From positions 148,428,001-148,492,000 of the forward strand of contig NC_082709.1 in assembly GCF_030144855.1 (NCBI RefSeq): DNA of 64,000 nucleotides, in the 5' to 3' direction. The DNA comes from Hypanus sabinus. Taxonomy: Eukaryota. Within the stretch, counting starts at the first letter, position 1, and the number at the start of each line of letters is the position of its first letter. Shown one piece after another: positions 50,931 to 63,790 of this stretch. The notes beneath the pieces are model-generated. The model did no database searches. It saw nothing but the letters and a program-made list of their open reading frames with translations, and had not been told where the DNA came from. A program made the translations under genes and the position numbers.

Positions 50931-51200
50931 CGTCGAGGCCTCACCTGGGGTACTGTGAGCAGTTTTGTGCCCCTCATCCCTTAGAAAGGATGTGCTGAAA
51001 TTGGAGAGGGTTTAAAGGAGGTTCACAAAAATGATTTCATTGATTAAACGTCTTGTCATTTGAAGAGCATTTGGTGTCTCTGGGCCTGATATTCACTGGA
51101 ATTTAGAAGAATGAGGGGTGACCTAATTGAAAGCTATCGAATGGCGAAAGGGTGGATATGGAGAGAATGTTTCATGTGATGGGAGTGTCACCAGAGGCCT
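50920..51200 (+). mobile_element. CR1 fragment
   Basis: YKAPSRPHL.YC.QF...RKDVLKLERV..RFTKMI relic. Confidence 0.6.
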
Positions 51201-52834
51201 AATTCTGCTCCTGTATCTTATGGTCTTAGTGACCCAAGATTTGGATGATTTAAGCGGCAGGTCAGATTGAAATGATCAGGGTGTCGGGGTCGGAGGCAAG
51301 GGATGGACAGGTTTCTCTTGGTGCTCTATGGGGTTTGCTGGACTCTGTGCTGGACTGAGTCCTTCTGAACCAGCTGCAGTGATGCCTGGCATTGTGAACC
51401 TCAGCTCTGAGTGAGGTTTGCTTACTTCATTGTTTGCACAATTTGTTTTTTCCTCTCTCTCTGCACAACAGGTGTTCGATGGTCTGCTTTTGTTAATGGG
51501 GGTTCTTTATTTCCTGGCTGCTAGTAAGGAGACAAATCTCAGGGTAATATGAAGTATGCATACTTCGATAGTCAATGCACTTTGAACTTTGATCAGGCCC
51601 TCAGCAGACTGGATTTTTTGATTTATCCAGGGCTTCTGTTTGGGAAAGATGGTGAATGATCTTATGGTAACACACTTGTCCACTACTATTTCAATAAGGC
51701 ATAGAAAATGATGCTTTCTCATTGGCCCTGTCTCACTTTACACTCCAGAAATAAGAGTTTAAGTGCCCCACACAGAGGTGGATATCGAGCAACATTTTGA
51801 ATGCGAGTTCCACATGCTGCATATTACTGAGTAAGCAATAGTCCAACCTGCATTACTAAAGGCTCCTGTATTTGCATTTCAAATCCAAGCATGAAATTTA
51901 CATTCGACAAATGCAAACAGGGATGTCAGTGCTCATTACAAAATTCTTTGGAGCCTGACAGCAGACTGCTGCCAATTTTCTCAGGGCTTAATAGCTAAAT
52001 CAATGCCATTTAAAGAGAACGCAGGAAACCAGCTCACTATGATTTTTATTAAAAGCGCTTTATTGAAGAACTGGGATGAGCAGGCTTTAAAATAAATTGG
52101 TGAGCCATTGGCAACCAACAATGCTGCCCTAGGCTCAGCTAGACAATCTTCCCCCCACCCTCCCAAGGACTAGGAAGGTGCCTCTGGGACCTGACAGACA
52201 GTGACACCTACAGTTTACAGTGGTGAGCAGAGGTGTAAGATGCACCAGCTTCACTTGGCACAGGGAGAGTGCAATCGAAGCACTTACTCCCATCCCCACA
52301 ACCCTCCATGTATCTCTATCATCTCCTTCACATATTTTCCCAAAGTTCCATAGCACATTCCACTGACGGTCACTTGTATTCAGTGCAAACATCAATTCAC
52401 CAGCCATCCTCAATGGTCATTGACAATTTGAAATTGAAGATTCTTTGCTGTTCTTCCCAAACAAGAGAAAATATTTAATCCTTATTCACACCATCAGGAT
52501 TCCTCATGTTTTTTTTTGTTATTCTCATCTTTCTACCACGTTTCATATAAAATTCAACTTGTGGCAGAATTTTCACGCATGCTTTCTCTTGGGGACTTTG
52601 GGGACAACAGCATTTGAAAGACCCCAAATAGAGAAAAAAACAACTTTAATACTGTATTAAAATTTAAATAGAGCAGTTCCATAAAACCTTTTTTATGCCA
52701 AAGATCAAAGGCCAGGAAGGAATAAGTCACATCGAAAAGTTAAAAATTACAGGCACAATTTATAAATATTTGCATCTCAGCAGGAAGTGCTGAATGTCAT
52801 ATGCAATATTTCTACTAACTGTGGGAGCTGTGAA

Positions 52835-53110
52835 CTGTGAGTTGAGAGTTAAGGGGCAAAAGTTTAGGGGTAACACAAGGTGGAACTTCTTTACTCAGAG
52901 AGTGGTAGCTGTCTGGAACAAGCTTCCTATAGAAGTGGTAGAAGCACATTCGATTTTGTCATTTTAAAAAAATTGGATAGGTGTATGGACAGGAAAGGAA
53001 TGGAGGGTTATGGGCTGAGTGCAGTTTGGTGGGACTAGGTGAGAGTAAGTGTTCGGCACAGACTAGAAGGGCCGAGATGGCCTATTTCCATGCTGTAATT
53101 ATTGGATGGT
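52835..53110 (+). mobile_element. CR1 3' end, same subfamily as 18614-18800
   Basis: GAGAGTTAAGGGGCAAAAGTTTAGGGGTAACAC shared in reverse orientation. Confidence 0.85.
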
Positions 53111-54147
53111 TGTTGTATTCAATGTAACAGAAAGTTGCACTTACTGTATATATGTTTAATACCTAAAATACTCCATGGTACTTTAAGAAGAAATGAAACG
53201 ATAAAAATTGAAACAAATTCAAATAATAATAATCCCTGTGACAACTCTGTTTTACATTAAGAATTTTTTTTGGATGCACAAGGCTAATTTTAAAAATATT
53301 TGAAGGGATATTGCTAAAGCTCCCATTGAATGATCACTTTCTACAAAACTCAGAATTAGAACAGCTCCATAGTTCCACACCATAGTTACTTTAACGTCAA
53401 TACTCTCCATGAAAGCTGCTTTCAAACTGTTGTAAGCTTTTCTCAACATGAAAGAGTTTGATTTATGAATTTTTGCTCAAATGCCATTGATTCTTTGAGA
53501 AGTGAGCCTTTGATTTACAAATCTATTTTTCACTATAGCAAATACTGCGCCATTCTCTGCCCAAGGCAATGCTCTATACCAAAATATCCCTGATGTGTTC
53601 TGTTCAGCCTTATTGATTTACAGAATTCCACTTAGGGGAACGTTTTCCAGGAATGCACCATTTAACTTGAGAAATGGCGGTACACCATGCTATTGTGCCA
53701 GTGCTTCTAGTTTGATAGTTAAACCATCCTGCCTTCTGGTGTTCTGTTACCGCAGTTGAAAGCAAAGTTTGTGCTAAGAATTATGAGTGCTTATTGAGCA
53801 TATAATGATAATGTATGGATACTGACCCATCAGCCTGTCAGGTTGTACTAACTCTGTTGAACATTCTCAGTTAAGCTACATTTTTAAAGTATGTTTTAAC
53901 AGTTTCTGGTTTCCAGAATTACATCCATACCCTTTGGTTATGAACACTCTGCCACTGGGAGCAATTAAAGCCTATGAAAGCTTTGAACATCAAAATTAAA
54001 TGTTCCTATAACTGTCTCTCGTCTGTTACAAATGCCGAAACTGCTGTAAGCATTTTCCAAGACTTGCCAGCCATCCTGCATTAGATATTCAAAGTCTTAG
54101 TGGGGGACCAGCCAAATATTTTTATAAATGCTTAACATAACTTCCTT

Positions 54148-54480
54148 GATGGCTGGGTGGAGATACATCTTTACCAAAGGAGGTGTAAGGTGCTCCTTCC
54201 CTTCACCAGCCTGCAGTTTACCTTTGGACAAGGTGTAGCACCTGCTTAGCCCCTCGCTCAGGATGAAGGGAAGCTATGGAAGCAGGACAGGATGTTTGCA
54301 TGAGCAGCTGGTCATATCATATAGTGGTTATGTGACCACTGATGCCAGGCACACTGTTGCTAAAGAGTATTGATAATGGTCGACATTGCCCATCTTGTAA
54401 AGATACTGCCCAGAAGAAGGAAATGGCAAGCCAGTTCTGTAGAAAAATTTGCCAAGAACAATCATGGTCAAGATAGCATA
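54148..54480 (+). mobile_element. RTE-related SINE/LINE 3' end
   Basis: GAAGGAAATGGCAAGCCAGTTCTGTAG motif related to 44960-45167. Confidence 0.5.
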
Positions 54481-54623
54481 TAGAAAACAAATATTTAAAG
54501 AACAAATGATTTTTATGTCTTTCCATTTACCTCCTCCTTTTGTCCTACCATCTTCACAGTTTTGTGTAACATTCCAGAAGTCTCTGTTCCTGTGCCCCAT
54601 TTGAAATTGTACAGTTTGATCTA

Positions 54624-55161
54624 CACACAGTGGCCACTTTATCTTGTGCCTCCTGTAGCTAATAAAGTGGCCATTGAGTGTGTGTTTATGGTCTTCTGCT
54701 GCACCTGGAGGTTCAATGTGTTGTCAATTCAGAGATGGTCTTCTGCACACCACTGTGGGAGTTATCAGAATTACTGCCAACTTCCTGTCAGTTTCTACCA
54801 GTCTGGCCATTCTCCTCTGGCCTCTTTCATTAACAGGTCATTTTCACCCACAGAACTGCTGCTGTTTTTAGAATTTCCACACCATTGTCTGAAAACTCTA
54901 GAGAATGTTATGTGTGAAAATCTCAGGAGATCAGCGTTTTCTGAGATACTCCAAACCTCCCTGTCTGGTGCGAACATTCATCTTACAGTAAAAGTCTCCA
55001 GATCACATTTCATCCCCATTCTGATGTTTGGTTTGAGCAACAACTGAATCTCTTGACCATGTCTGAATGCTTTTGCATTGAGTTGTTGCCACATGATTGG
55101 CTAATTAGATATTTGCATTAATGAGCAGGTGTACATGTGTACCTAATAAAGTGACACAGTG
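54624..55161. mobile_element. Tc1/mariner non-autonomous element
   Basis: TA|CACACAGTGGCCACTTTAT ... ATAAAGTGACACAGTG|TA: inverted termini with TA TSD. Confidence 0.8.
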
Positions 55162-55789
55162 TATATTGCTTCTCCTTATTCTTCCTATCAAAATTGATCA
55201 TGCCACCTACTGTACTTCTGTGTTGAAATTAATCTATAATTTCTCCTATGTTTCCATGAAATATTTTGATGTCCAACTCACTGTTGAGGAGATCTGCAGA
55301 CGTTGAAATTATGCTCAAGACTATGCCATTAGGTTATCAAAAGGATGTTTTAGATGGTCAATCAATCAGCCTGAATATTTAGAATAGGAGATTATTCTAA
55401 TTGGGAAGGAGCTGCACAAATGTCAGTGAAGACAATTTGATCCTTCAAAGATCGATGGGGAAAATATAACATACCAGCGTGGATAAAATCCCTCTACTTG
55501 TTGAACTAGTACCTGAGAAGGATTCGGTCATTTGGGTGGTAGAGTCCTTCAGGTTCCACGTGGTGCTTGGTGTTATTGTTTATTCAGAAAGAATTGCGTT
55601 AACCAGGAAGGCAGCAAGTGGAACATTGGGGTGAAAGGTCACGGATGAGGAGCAGACTATGGTGAGTGAGATTGGCGAACAAGTGTATCAGGTACATACA
55701 CTTTGGTATGGAGTCATAGTTTGTTGTCATTAAAATTTAAAATTCTCCCTCCCTCCTGCCTCCTGTGTCATCTTAGTATACAACTCTTT

Positions 55790-56560
55790 GAAATCAAGGT
55801 GGGAAAGAAGTTGTGAGGAGAGCACAGAAGGGTACACAAGGGGATATAGGCAGGTTAAGTGGGAGGGACAAATTTAGTAAATGAGGTATAATAGTGGTGA
55901 ATTTGAAGGTTATCCGTGTTGGTAGAAAGTATTGAGGAGCACTGTTCACTGCAGCTGCACATTGGGTTTAGCTGACCTTGCACAGAAAGTTAGCAGGTTA
56001 CCACAATTAGGACGGATAGGGTCACATTGGCTTTTGTTACAAGCGGAATGGAGTATAAACCTAGGGAAATCCTACTGCCACTGAACAGCAGATTGACAAG
56101 ACCACATCTGACCTTTTGTTCTGGTCTCTCTGGTTAAACAGAATTTAAAGGCTGTACGGAGAAAGAGTTGTCACGCACAGAAAGGTTGAGCAGCATGGAT
56201 GTGTACTCATCAGTTTAGAAGAATGAGAGCTAATAATGAGAAGTACAAGATTCTGAAAGGTGCTGATGTGACAGATACTGATTGGATGCTCCTATCATTG
56301 GTGTATTGGGAGCTCCATTTCAGAATGAAGAGTCACCACTTAAGACAGATAAGGAAGATTTTATTTTTCTCCAAGGCTTGTAAGTCTTTGGAAACCCTTC
56401 CTTGAGAGCTGAGGTAGCAGAGTTGCTGAAATATATTTCAAGACTGAGACTGGCAGATCTTTCAACACGGGGGAGCCAAGGATTATTAGGAACTGGCAGG
56501 AAGGTATTGCTGAAATCAAGATCGTAACAGCTATGGTAATATTAATTGGCAAAGCAGGCT
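55790..56560 (+). mobile_element. Old CR1 fragment
   Basis: Decayed GDIGRLSEW, EYKPRE.LLPL, EKYKILKG and FFSQ-type motifs. Confidence 0.55.
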
Positions 56561-57534
56561 AAAGGAACATATGGTCGACACATGTTCCCGTTTCTTATAA
56601 GGGTATTATTTAAGATCGCTAATCCACAATGTATAAAGTAAATTTACCAGAGAGCAGAAGAGGGAGCTCAGAGGAATGAACATCCCCCTGTAGCAAATGA
56701 ACCTTATCAATCAAACATCCCAGAAGTGAACTCAGAAAAAGGTGAGCAACCGGCTCAATGAGCTCATAATGATGAGGCTCATAATAACTTAGAGTACCAG
56801 TGGGATGCTAGCGCCAATCTAATTGACTGGGTTTCTAACGCTGTTCATTTATTAAATATCAAAGGAGTTTATATAAATTATTCTCCTCAGTCTTCATCAA
56901 ATGCATTTGACACGCAGCAATTCAGTTAAAATTGATAGCCTAACACTCCTGAAAAATTTCTGTGTTATTCACATTGCCAGATTGGTTTTGAAAATCTTGG
57001 GATTGGCTTGGGTTCTTTCTTTTAAGCATGGAGTTGTATTACTGGGTGCTTTTAGTTGTACCATTCTCCCTTTGTACAAAAGGACCAAAGATATTTAGCT
57101 TTTATTGACAGTTCGGAGGAGAAGGGGTGGTGAGGTCCTCTTTGAGAATCAGTGCTTGAGAGTAAACCTGTGCAATTGCAGGGCATCAACCAGAATGTGC
57201 CCAAGGTTAGATGGTGGCACATCTGACCTTCCTCTGCCACGGGCCGTGGTACTGAGGCCAGCGGTGGAGCTCTCAATCTAGCTGAGGCAGGGGTCTGTAT
57301 CTTCATGTTAGACTTGGCTGGTATGTTAACTCTGACACCATTTATGTGCTTGATAAAATGTATGTAGATGTTTTTTCATTCTTTATTTAATTAATTTTGT
57401 TGATTTTATGTCAGCTATATTTGTTTTAATATACACATTTTAGTTTCAAAACTTTATATGCTTGTTAAATTACTTAATTCTATATAATTATCTCTTGATG
57501 AACAGCAATTGAATGTCAGCAATGATCGACAGAA

Positions 57535-58435
57535 TTTAGCCTCCCAATGTGGCCTCCTCTATATCAGACATAACATAAATTGGGGGACAACTTTGTTGAG
57601 CACCTTTGCTCCATCCACAACAAGGAGGATTTCCCAGTGGCCAAACATTTTAATTCCAATCCCCTTTTCCATTGCAACATGCCAGCCCATGGCATCCAGT
57701 ACTACCACAACGAGGCCAATCTCAAGATGGAAGAGCAACACCTTATATTCTATCTGGATAGCCTCCAATCTGATGGCATGAACATTGCTTTTGCTAACTT
57801 CTGGCAACACACACAAAATGCTGGTGGAACGCAGCAGGCCAGGTAGCATCCACAGGGAGAAGCATAGTCAACATTTCGGGCCGAGACCCAAAACGTCGAC
57901 AGTGCTTCTCCCTATAGATGCTGTCTGGCCTGCTGTGTTCCACCAGCATTTTGTGTGTGTGTTGCTTGAATCTCTAGCATCTGCAGATTTCCTTGTTTTT
58001 GCTAACTTCTAGTAGTTTTCCCCCAACCCCTCCCATTCCCCACTCTGGCTTCCCCCTTACCTCTTTTCTAATTCTCATCTGCCTATCACCTCCTGCTGGT
58101 GCCTCTTCTCTGTCCCTTTCTCCCACTCTCGTCTCCTATTAGATTTCTTCTTCAGCCCTTTACCCTTTCCACCTATCACCTCCTAGCTTCTCATTTCATT
58201 CCACTCCCCCATCCACCTGACCATCCATCACCACTTAGCTGGTATTCCTCCCCACTCCCTCTAACCTTTTTATTTTGGCTTTCACCCCTCACTTTCCAGT
58301 CCTGACGAAAGGGTCTCAGCCAAAAACGTCAACTGTTTATTCCTTTCCATTGATGATACCTGACCTACTGAGTTCTTCCAACATTTTGCATCTGTTGTTC
58401 TGGATTTCCAGCATCTGCAGAATCTCTTGCGTTAA
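57535..58435 (+). mobile_element. Penelope-like 3' end containing an internal palindrome
   Basis: VAKHFNS...EEQHLIFYLDSLQSDGMN; inverted pLTR piece 57804-57965. Confidence 0.85.
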
Positions 58436-59937
58436 TGACAGACAGAACTTTGCTTCAATTTCTGTAAGATGTAGTTAGTGCAGTTATTCATTAAGCTGAC
58501 AGTTGCTGGAATGGGAAGTGGTTTCTAAGTGTACCACTCAAAAGGCAGATCAGATGCTAAACCTCAGCTGCAAGATTTCAGCAACCTCGCCTCCGCCTGA
58601 GATCAGTAGACCATTGAGTAAAGTACAATGCTTAACCTCAGACCCATCAATGTCAATTAATTCTAAATAATTCAACTTTAATTTCACTTAGTAAATGCTA
58701 TCATTTACCTATACATGATGCTTCTGTGTGCATGATGTTTATCCAGAAAATCTGTTTCAAGGAAGGAAACATCAGGGCTATATATGAATAAAAGTACATT
58801 TGACGTTTTGCTACCGTACTTTAAATGATACTGATTATTGCCAAGTTTTAATTACAGTCTATCCCTGAATGTTGTGATATAACTTTCCATTATTTTCTTC
58901 TCTTTGTAAATTTTTGACCTCAGCAATATAAGCATTTAAGATTTGTCTGTCACTTCAGTCAATGTGTGTTAGCTTCTTGACGGCTACTTCCTCTCCTAAG
59001 CTTAATTAATGTGTCAGTCAGCCTGCTCTTGTGACAGGAAATTCCAGTTTCAGCACATCTTACACACAATAGGCCAATGAGTTGTCTCACCCTGATCTAC
59101 TCAGTAAGAGTCCTTAGTAAGCCCTGAATCAGCCAGCTGGCCTGTTTAGTCACAAACCACAAGATATGCTCAGTGTCATGTCTGCAGTTTTCAACAACTG
59201 GTTGACAAAATTCCCTTCTGTGATTTTTTTTGCACATCAGTTAAAACACTTCACAAGATGCTGGAGGAACTCAGCAGGCCAGTGGCATCTAAAGAAAAGA
59301 GTAAATAGCTGATGTTTCAGGCTGAGGCCAATTTTTAACAGCCATTGGTCAATTTTCCAATACACAAATTGAAAGATTGTTATTACAGCGTATGATGAAA
59401 TCGTACAAGTGCATTAAGTGCAGCACAAAAGAGGTCTGTTCACTTCATCAATCTGAGCAGGACTTTTGAAGAGAATCCCAAATACTTTTTTTCCCCCTTA
59501 TCATTCTTATATCACCATAATTCTTAATCTATAATGTACTTATCGAATTCCCTTTCAACAAGTACTGTTGAATCATTATTCACTACCTTGTGCAGTTGGT
59601 TGTAAAACCTGATCACTTGTAACGCAAGATATTTTTCTTCGTGTAGTCAGTGGTTCTTTTACCTGTATCCTTGTTTACCACCCCTTCAATTTCTCTGTAT
59701 TTTCATCATGTAAGACTTCTCCCATATTTCTCCAAAGTCTTGAACAAACTCAATTTCTCAAGTCCACTCAAATAGTAAAATTATTTGTCACCATATACTA
59801 ATGCTTAAAAATAGCTGTTATAAAATAAGAACTTTTCACTCCAGTTTAAGTTAATCTTTGTTGGATGCTCAACAATACCACTGCACAGGTGCATATTTAG
59901 TGTTCAGCTATAAAATCAATTGTGCACATTCAAGAGT

Positions 59938-60330
59938 CTACAGATGCTAGAAATCTGGATCAAAACAGGGAAGGTGGAGAAAATCCAAACAACACACACA
60001 CAAAGTGCTGAGGAACTCAACAGGCCAAGCAGCATCCATGGGCCGAGACGTCGACTGTGCTTTTTTCCATGGATGCTGCCTGGCCTGCTGAGTTCCTCCA
60101 GCATTTTGTGTGTGTTGTTTGGATTTCCAGTATCTGCAGATTCTCTCCTGCAGGTGAAAGAGCTTGGTGTATCAGGCAACACCTGTGGGGGGAAATGGGC
60201 TGTTGACATTTTGGGTTGAGACCCTTCATCAGGACTGGAAGTAGAAAGCCGGTATAAAAAAGAAGCAGGAAGGGCTGGAGCAAGAGCTGGTTGGTCGGGG
60301 GGTGAGGGGGGGAGATAATACTCATGTGAG
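59938..60330. mobile_element. Penelope pLTR-derived palindrome and adjacent end
   Basis: Inverted arms at 59981-60040 and 60067-60127. Confidence 0.8.
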
Positions 60331-60540
60331 GGGCTGGGGTCAGAGAGGTTATTCCTGATTGTTTGAACCTGAGTTCATTTAATTGTTTCAGAATTTATTC
60401 AAAGGAATAATTATATCAAACTGTATTGGGTAATTCATTCTCTGGCTTATTAGAATAAAATTCTACTTGTTTTTGAAAGATTTTGTCAAAACTTTGAGAA
60501 GAAATTAGCTGCGTTACCTCTCATTTATTTCTTGGTACAG

Positions 60541-60918
60541 ATCTGGGCACTGCTCAAAGGCTGGTGAAATTACAGGAAGGACCCCTAATTCGAGCTGAAG
60601 GACATCACATAACGATTCAGTGCAATGTGAGCGGAATGCAGCGGTCTCAAGAGCAGAACTTCGAGTGGTCTATCACCCTTCCAAATAGACCTAAATTTCA
60701 AATCCAGATTATCAGCACTCAGGATCCCGACTTCCCTTATGCCATGTATAAAGACAGAGTGGTGGCTAAGGAGATCTACGTAGAGAAAATTGGAATTGAC
60801 TCTGCGCAGTTACACATAACAAATCTGCAGAAAACTGATGAAGGAGAGTACATGTGTTACACTCCCAACACCGACAGTATTTACTGGGGAACCTATAGTG
60901 CATTAATGAATTTGACAG
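60541..60918 (+). CDS. Coding exon 2: first Ig V-type domain of an EWI-family protein (IGSF3/CD101/IGSF8-like)
   Basis: Acceptor TTTCTTGGTACAG, donor GTGAGT, 378 nt, phase 1-1. QRLVKLQEGPLIRAEGHHITIQCNVSG..EQNFEWSI..QIISTQD..DEGEYMCYTPNTD..GTYSA matches the EWI D1 pattern; the paralog cannot be resolved by eye. Confidence 0.92.
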
Positions 60919-61519
60919 GTGAGTTCTACTTTTTCTCCAGCTGTACTATAAATAACCATCCCATTCAGCAAGACAGTTGCATCCAATTAAAGATGCATCA
61001 ACGTACAACTGAAATAAAAGAAATCCAAATTTTAGCACATCATAACAAATCCTATTTTAATGCAAATAATACGGGGTTATAACCATCGTTTTAAGCACTA
61101 ATTGCAATTCACTCCATGAAGTGTTTTCATGTACAGAATTAAAAAAGCATAAAATCCAATATTTCATAATGAAATTAAATGGAAAAGGCTGAAGAACATT
61201 CAGCAGGCCAGGCAGCATCTGCGAATGTGCTTATAATCTGTAAATCAGAACTTTTAAATCAGAGCTTCATAACGAGGCACAATTTATTATTACAAAAACT
61301 GTCAGCATGTTAAAGTGCAACGCTGGGTAATTCTATTAAATGTTTTAAATCCCATTAAGCAAGAAGCAATACATCATGTAAAATGCAGGTCAGTTGCTAA
61401 TAAGGAAGTATGATTTATTGATGAGTTCTGAGGAAATGTAGAAAAAACAAGCACATTCACTGATCACTAAATCAAATAAGTAGACATCTCAAGCAAAATA
61501 AGAATGGGATTATCCTTTG

Positions 61520-63790
61520 TTGTTGAATGCAGCTCTCCTTGTCCCAGGGAGTGATGGTAAAGGCCACAGTAGGATTAAGCCCCAGGGATAGTAGACTAGA
61601 AAGACCATTGCGTGAGGCAACATCTACCTGCACCTCACCATCAAGCCTGCAGATAAGGGGGGTGCTGTTGTGGTCCGGCAGACTGACTGACCCCTATTCT
61701 GTTGAGGCCAGGTGACAACTGTCAGACACCTAGTCTTATTACCCCTTGAACAGGACCCCACTAAGGAGCACCAGGCCACTGTGCTCCACACCATCACTGA
61801 CCTCACTACTCTGGTGATCTCCCATCCACTGCCAGAGACCTCACCCTGCATCTCCTGTTTCAACCTCCTACTCAAGATCCACAAACCTGCCTGCTTGTTC
61901 CTGCCCACCAAACTTAGATCTGCAGACCTTGACTCTGTTTTATCCCCCCTGGTTCTGTCCTTTCCTACCTACAACCATGACATTTCACATGCTCTTGATC
62001 TTTGTAATGATTTCAAGTTCTTTGGCCCCGATCATCTTATTTTCACTATGAATGCCCAGTCCCTATACACCTCCATTCCCTCTTCAGGAAGGCCTCAAAG
62101 ATTTCTGTTTCTTTCTGGACACCAGGCCCAAAGAGTTGCCCTTGACCACCACTCTCTTCTGTCTGGTAGAACTCCCAATAATTTCTCCTTCGGCTCCTCC
62201 CGCCTCCTTCAAACGAAAAGTGTAGCCGTGGGTACCTGCAGGGGTCGCAGCCATACCTGCCTTTTTGGCAGCTTCATGGAGCAGTCTATGTTCCAAGCCT
62301 ACACTGGTATCGCTCTGCACCTTTTCCTGTGCTACATCAATGACTGCATTGGTGCTGCTTCCTGCACCCATGCAGAGCTCATTGACTTCAACAATTTGGC
62401 CTCCAACTTCCACCTTGCCCTCAAATTTACCTGCTCCATTTCTGACATCTCTCCCCTTTCTCAATTTCCCTCTGTTTGTCTCTGGAGATAGCTTATCTAC
62501 TGATATCTTTTATAATCCCACTGACTGTCACAGCTACCTTGACGATACCTCTTCCCACCCTGGTTCTTGTAAAAATGCCACCCGTTCTTTCAATTCCTCC
62601 ATCTCTGCCGCATCTGCTCTCAGGATGAGGCTTTCCATTCCGGAATGAAGGAGATGGCCTCCTTCTTCAAAGAAAGGGGCTTCCCTTCTTCCAGCATCAA
62701 CACTGCCCCCAACTGCATCTCTTCCACTTCACGCACATCTACCCTCACCCCATCGTCCCACCACCCCACCAGGGATTGGGTTCCTCTTGTCCTCACCTAC
62801 CACCCCACCCCCTTGGCATCCAGCACATAATTCTCCATAACATCCGCCATCTCTAATGAGATCCCACTATAATGGCATCTTTCCTTCACCATTCCCCTCC
62901 CTTCTGCTTTCCACTGTGATCACTCCCTACGTGACTCCCTCATCCACTCATCCCTCCCCACTGATCTCCCTCCTGGCACTTATCCTTGCAAGTGGAACAA
63001 GAGCTACACCTGTCCATACATGACCTCGCTTGCTACCATTCAGCGTCCCGGGTGAGGCAACACTTCACCTGTGAGTCTGTTGGGGTCATCCACTGTATCC
63101 AGTTCTCCCAGTGTGGCCTCCTGTATATCAGTGATCCCTGACGTAGACTGGGAGACCGCTTCACCAAGCAGTACACTGTGTCCACCAGAAAAAGCAAGAT
63201 TTCCCAGTGGCCGCCCATTTTAATTCCATTTCTTATTCCCATTCTGAAATGTCAGTCCATGGCCTCCTCTACTGCCATGATCAGGCCACACTCAGGTTTG
63301 AGGAGCAACATGTTATAATCCGTCTGTACAGCCTCCAACCTGATGGCGTGAACATTGATTTCTGGAACTTCCAGTAATGCCCCCCCCCCTTTATCATTCC
63401 CTAGTCTCCATTCCTATTCCTATCTCCTTACCATCACCTCCCTCTGGTGCTCCTCCCCTTCCCTTTCTTCCGTGGCCTTCAGTCCTCTTTTATCAGATTC
63501 CCTTTTCTCCAGCCCTTTAGCTCTTTCACCATTTGACTTCCCAGCTCTTTACTTCAGCCATCCCCTCTCCCAGTTTCACCTATCGCCTACTACCTTGTAT
63601 TTCTTCCTCTCCTCCCCCCCCCCCCCACCTTCTAACTCTGTCTCTTCATCTTTTTTTCTCCAGTCCTGATGAAGGGTCTCGGCCTGAAGCGTTGACTGTT
63701 TACTCTTTTCCATAGATGCTGCCTGGCCTGCTGAGTTCCTCCAGCATTCTGTGTGTGTTGCTTGGATTTCCAGCATCTGCAGATTTTCTC
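61520..63790 (+). mobile_element. Degenerate Penelope-like element (RT + GIY-YIG + pLTR end)
   Basis: SLYTSIP, GVAVGT..G.S, HLFLCYINDC (YxDD relic), SYLDDTSSHP, PLVLTYHP, AAHFNS. Confidence 0.9.

Noticed and set aside
55552-55661. Possible extra exon in intron 1 (CAG...GTGAGT)
   Set aside because: In-frame stop in the required phase; weak acceptor.
57058-57338. Possible solo LTR
   Set aside because: AATAAA present on the minus strand, but no matching TSD or clear termini.
60919-61082. Extension of the Ig ORF beyond the domain
   Set aside because: Read-through past the GTGAGT donor into intron; similarity ends at MNLT.
61712-62491. 259-aa ORF as a host gene
   Set aside because: Patchwork of Penelope RT frames.
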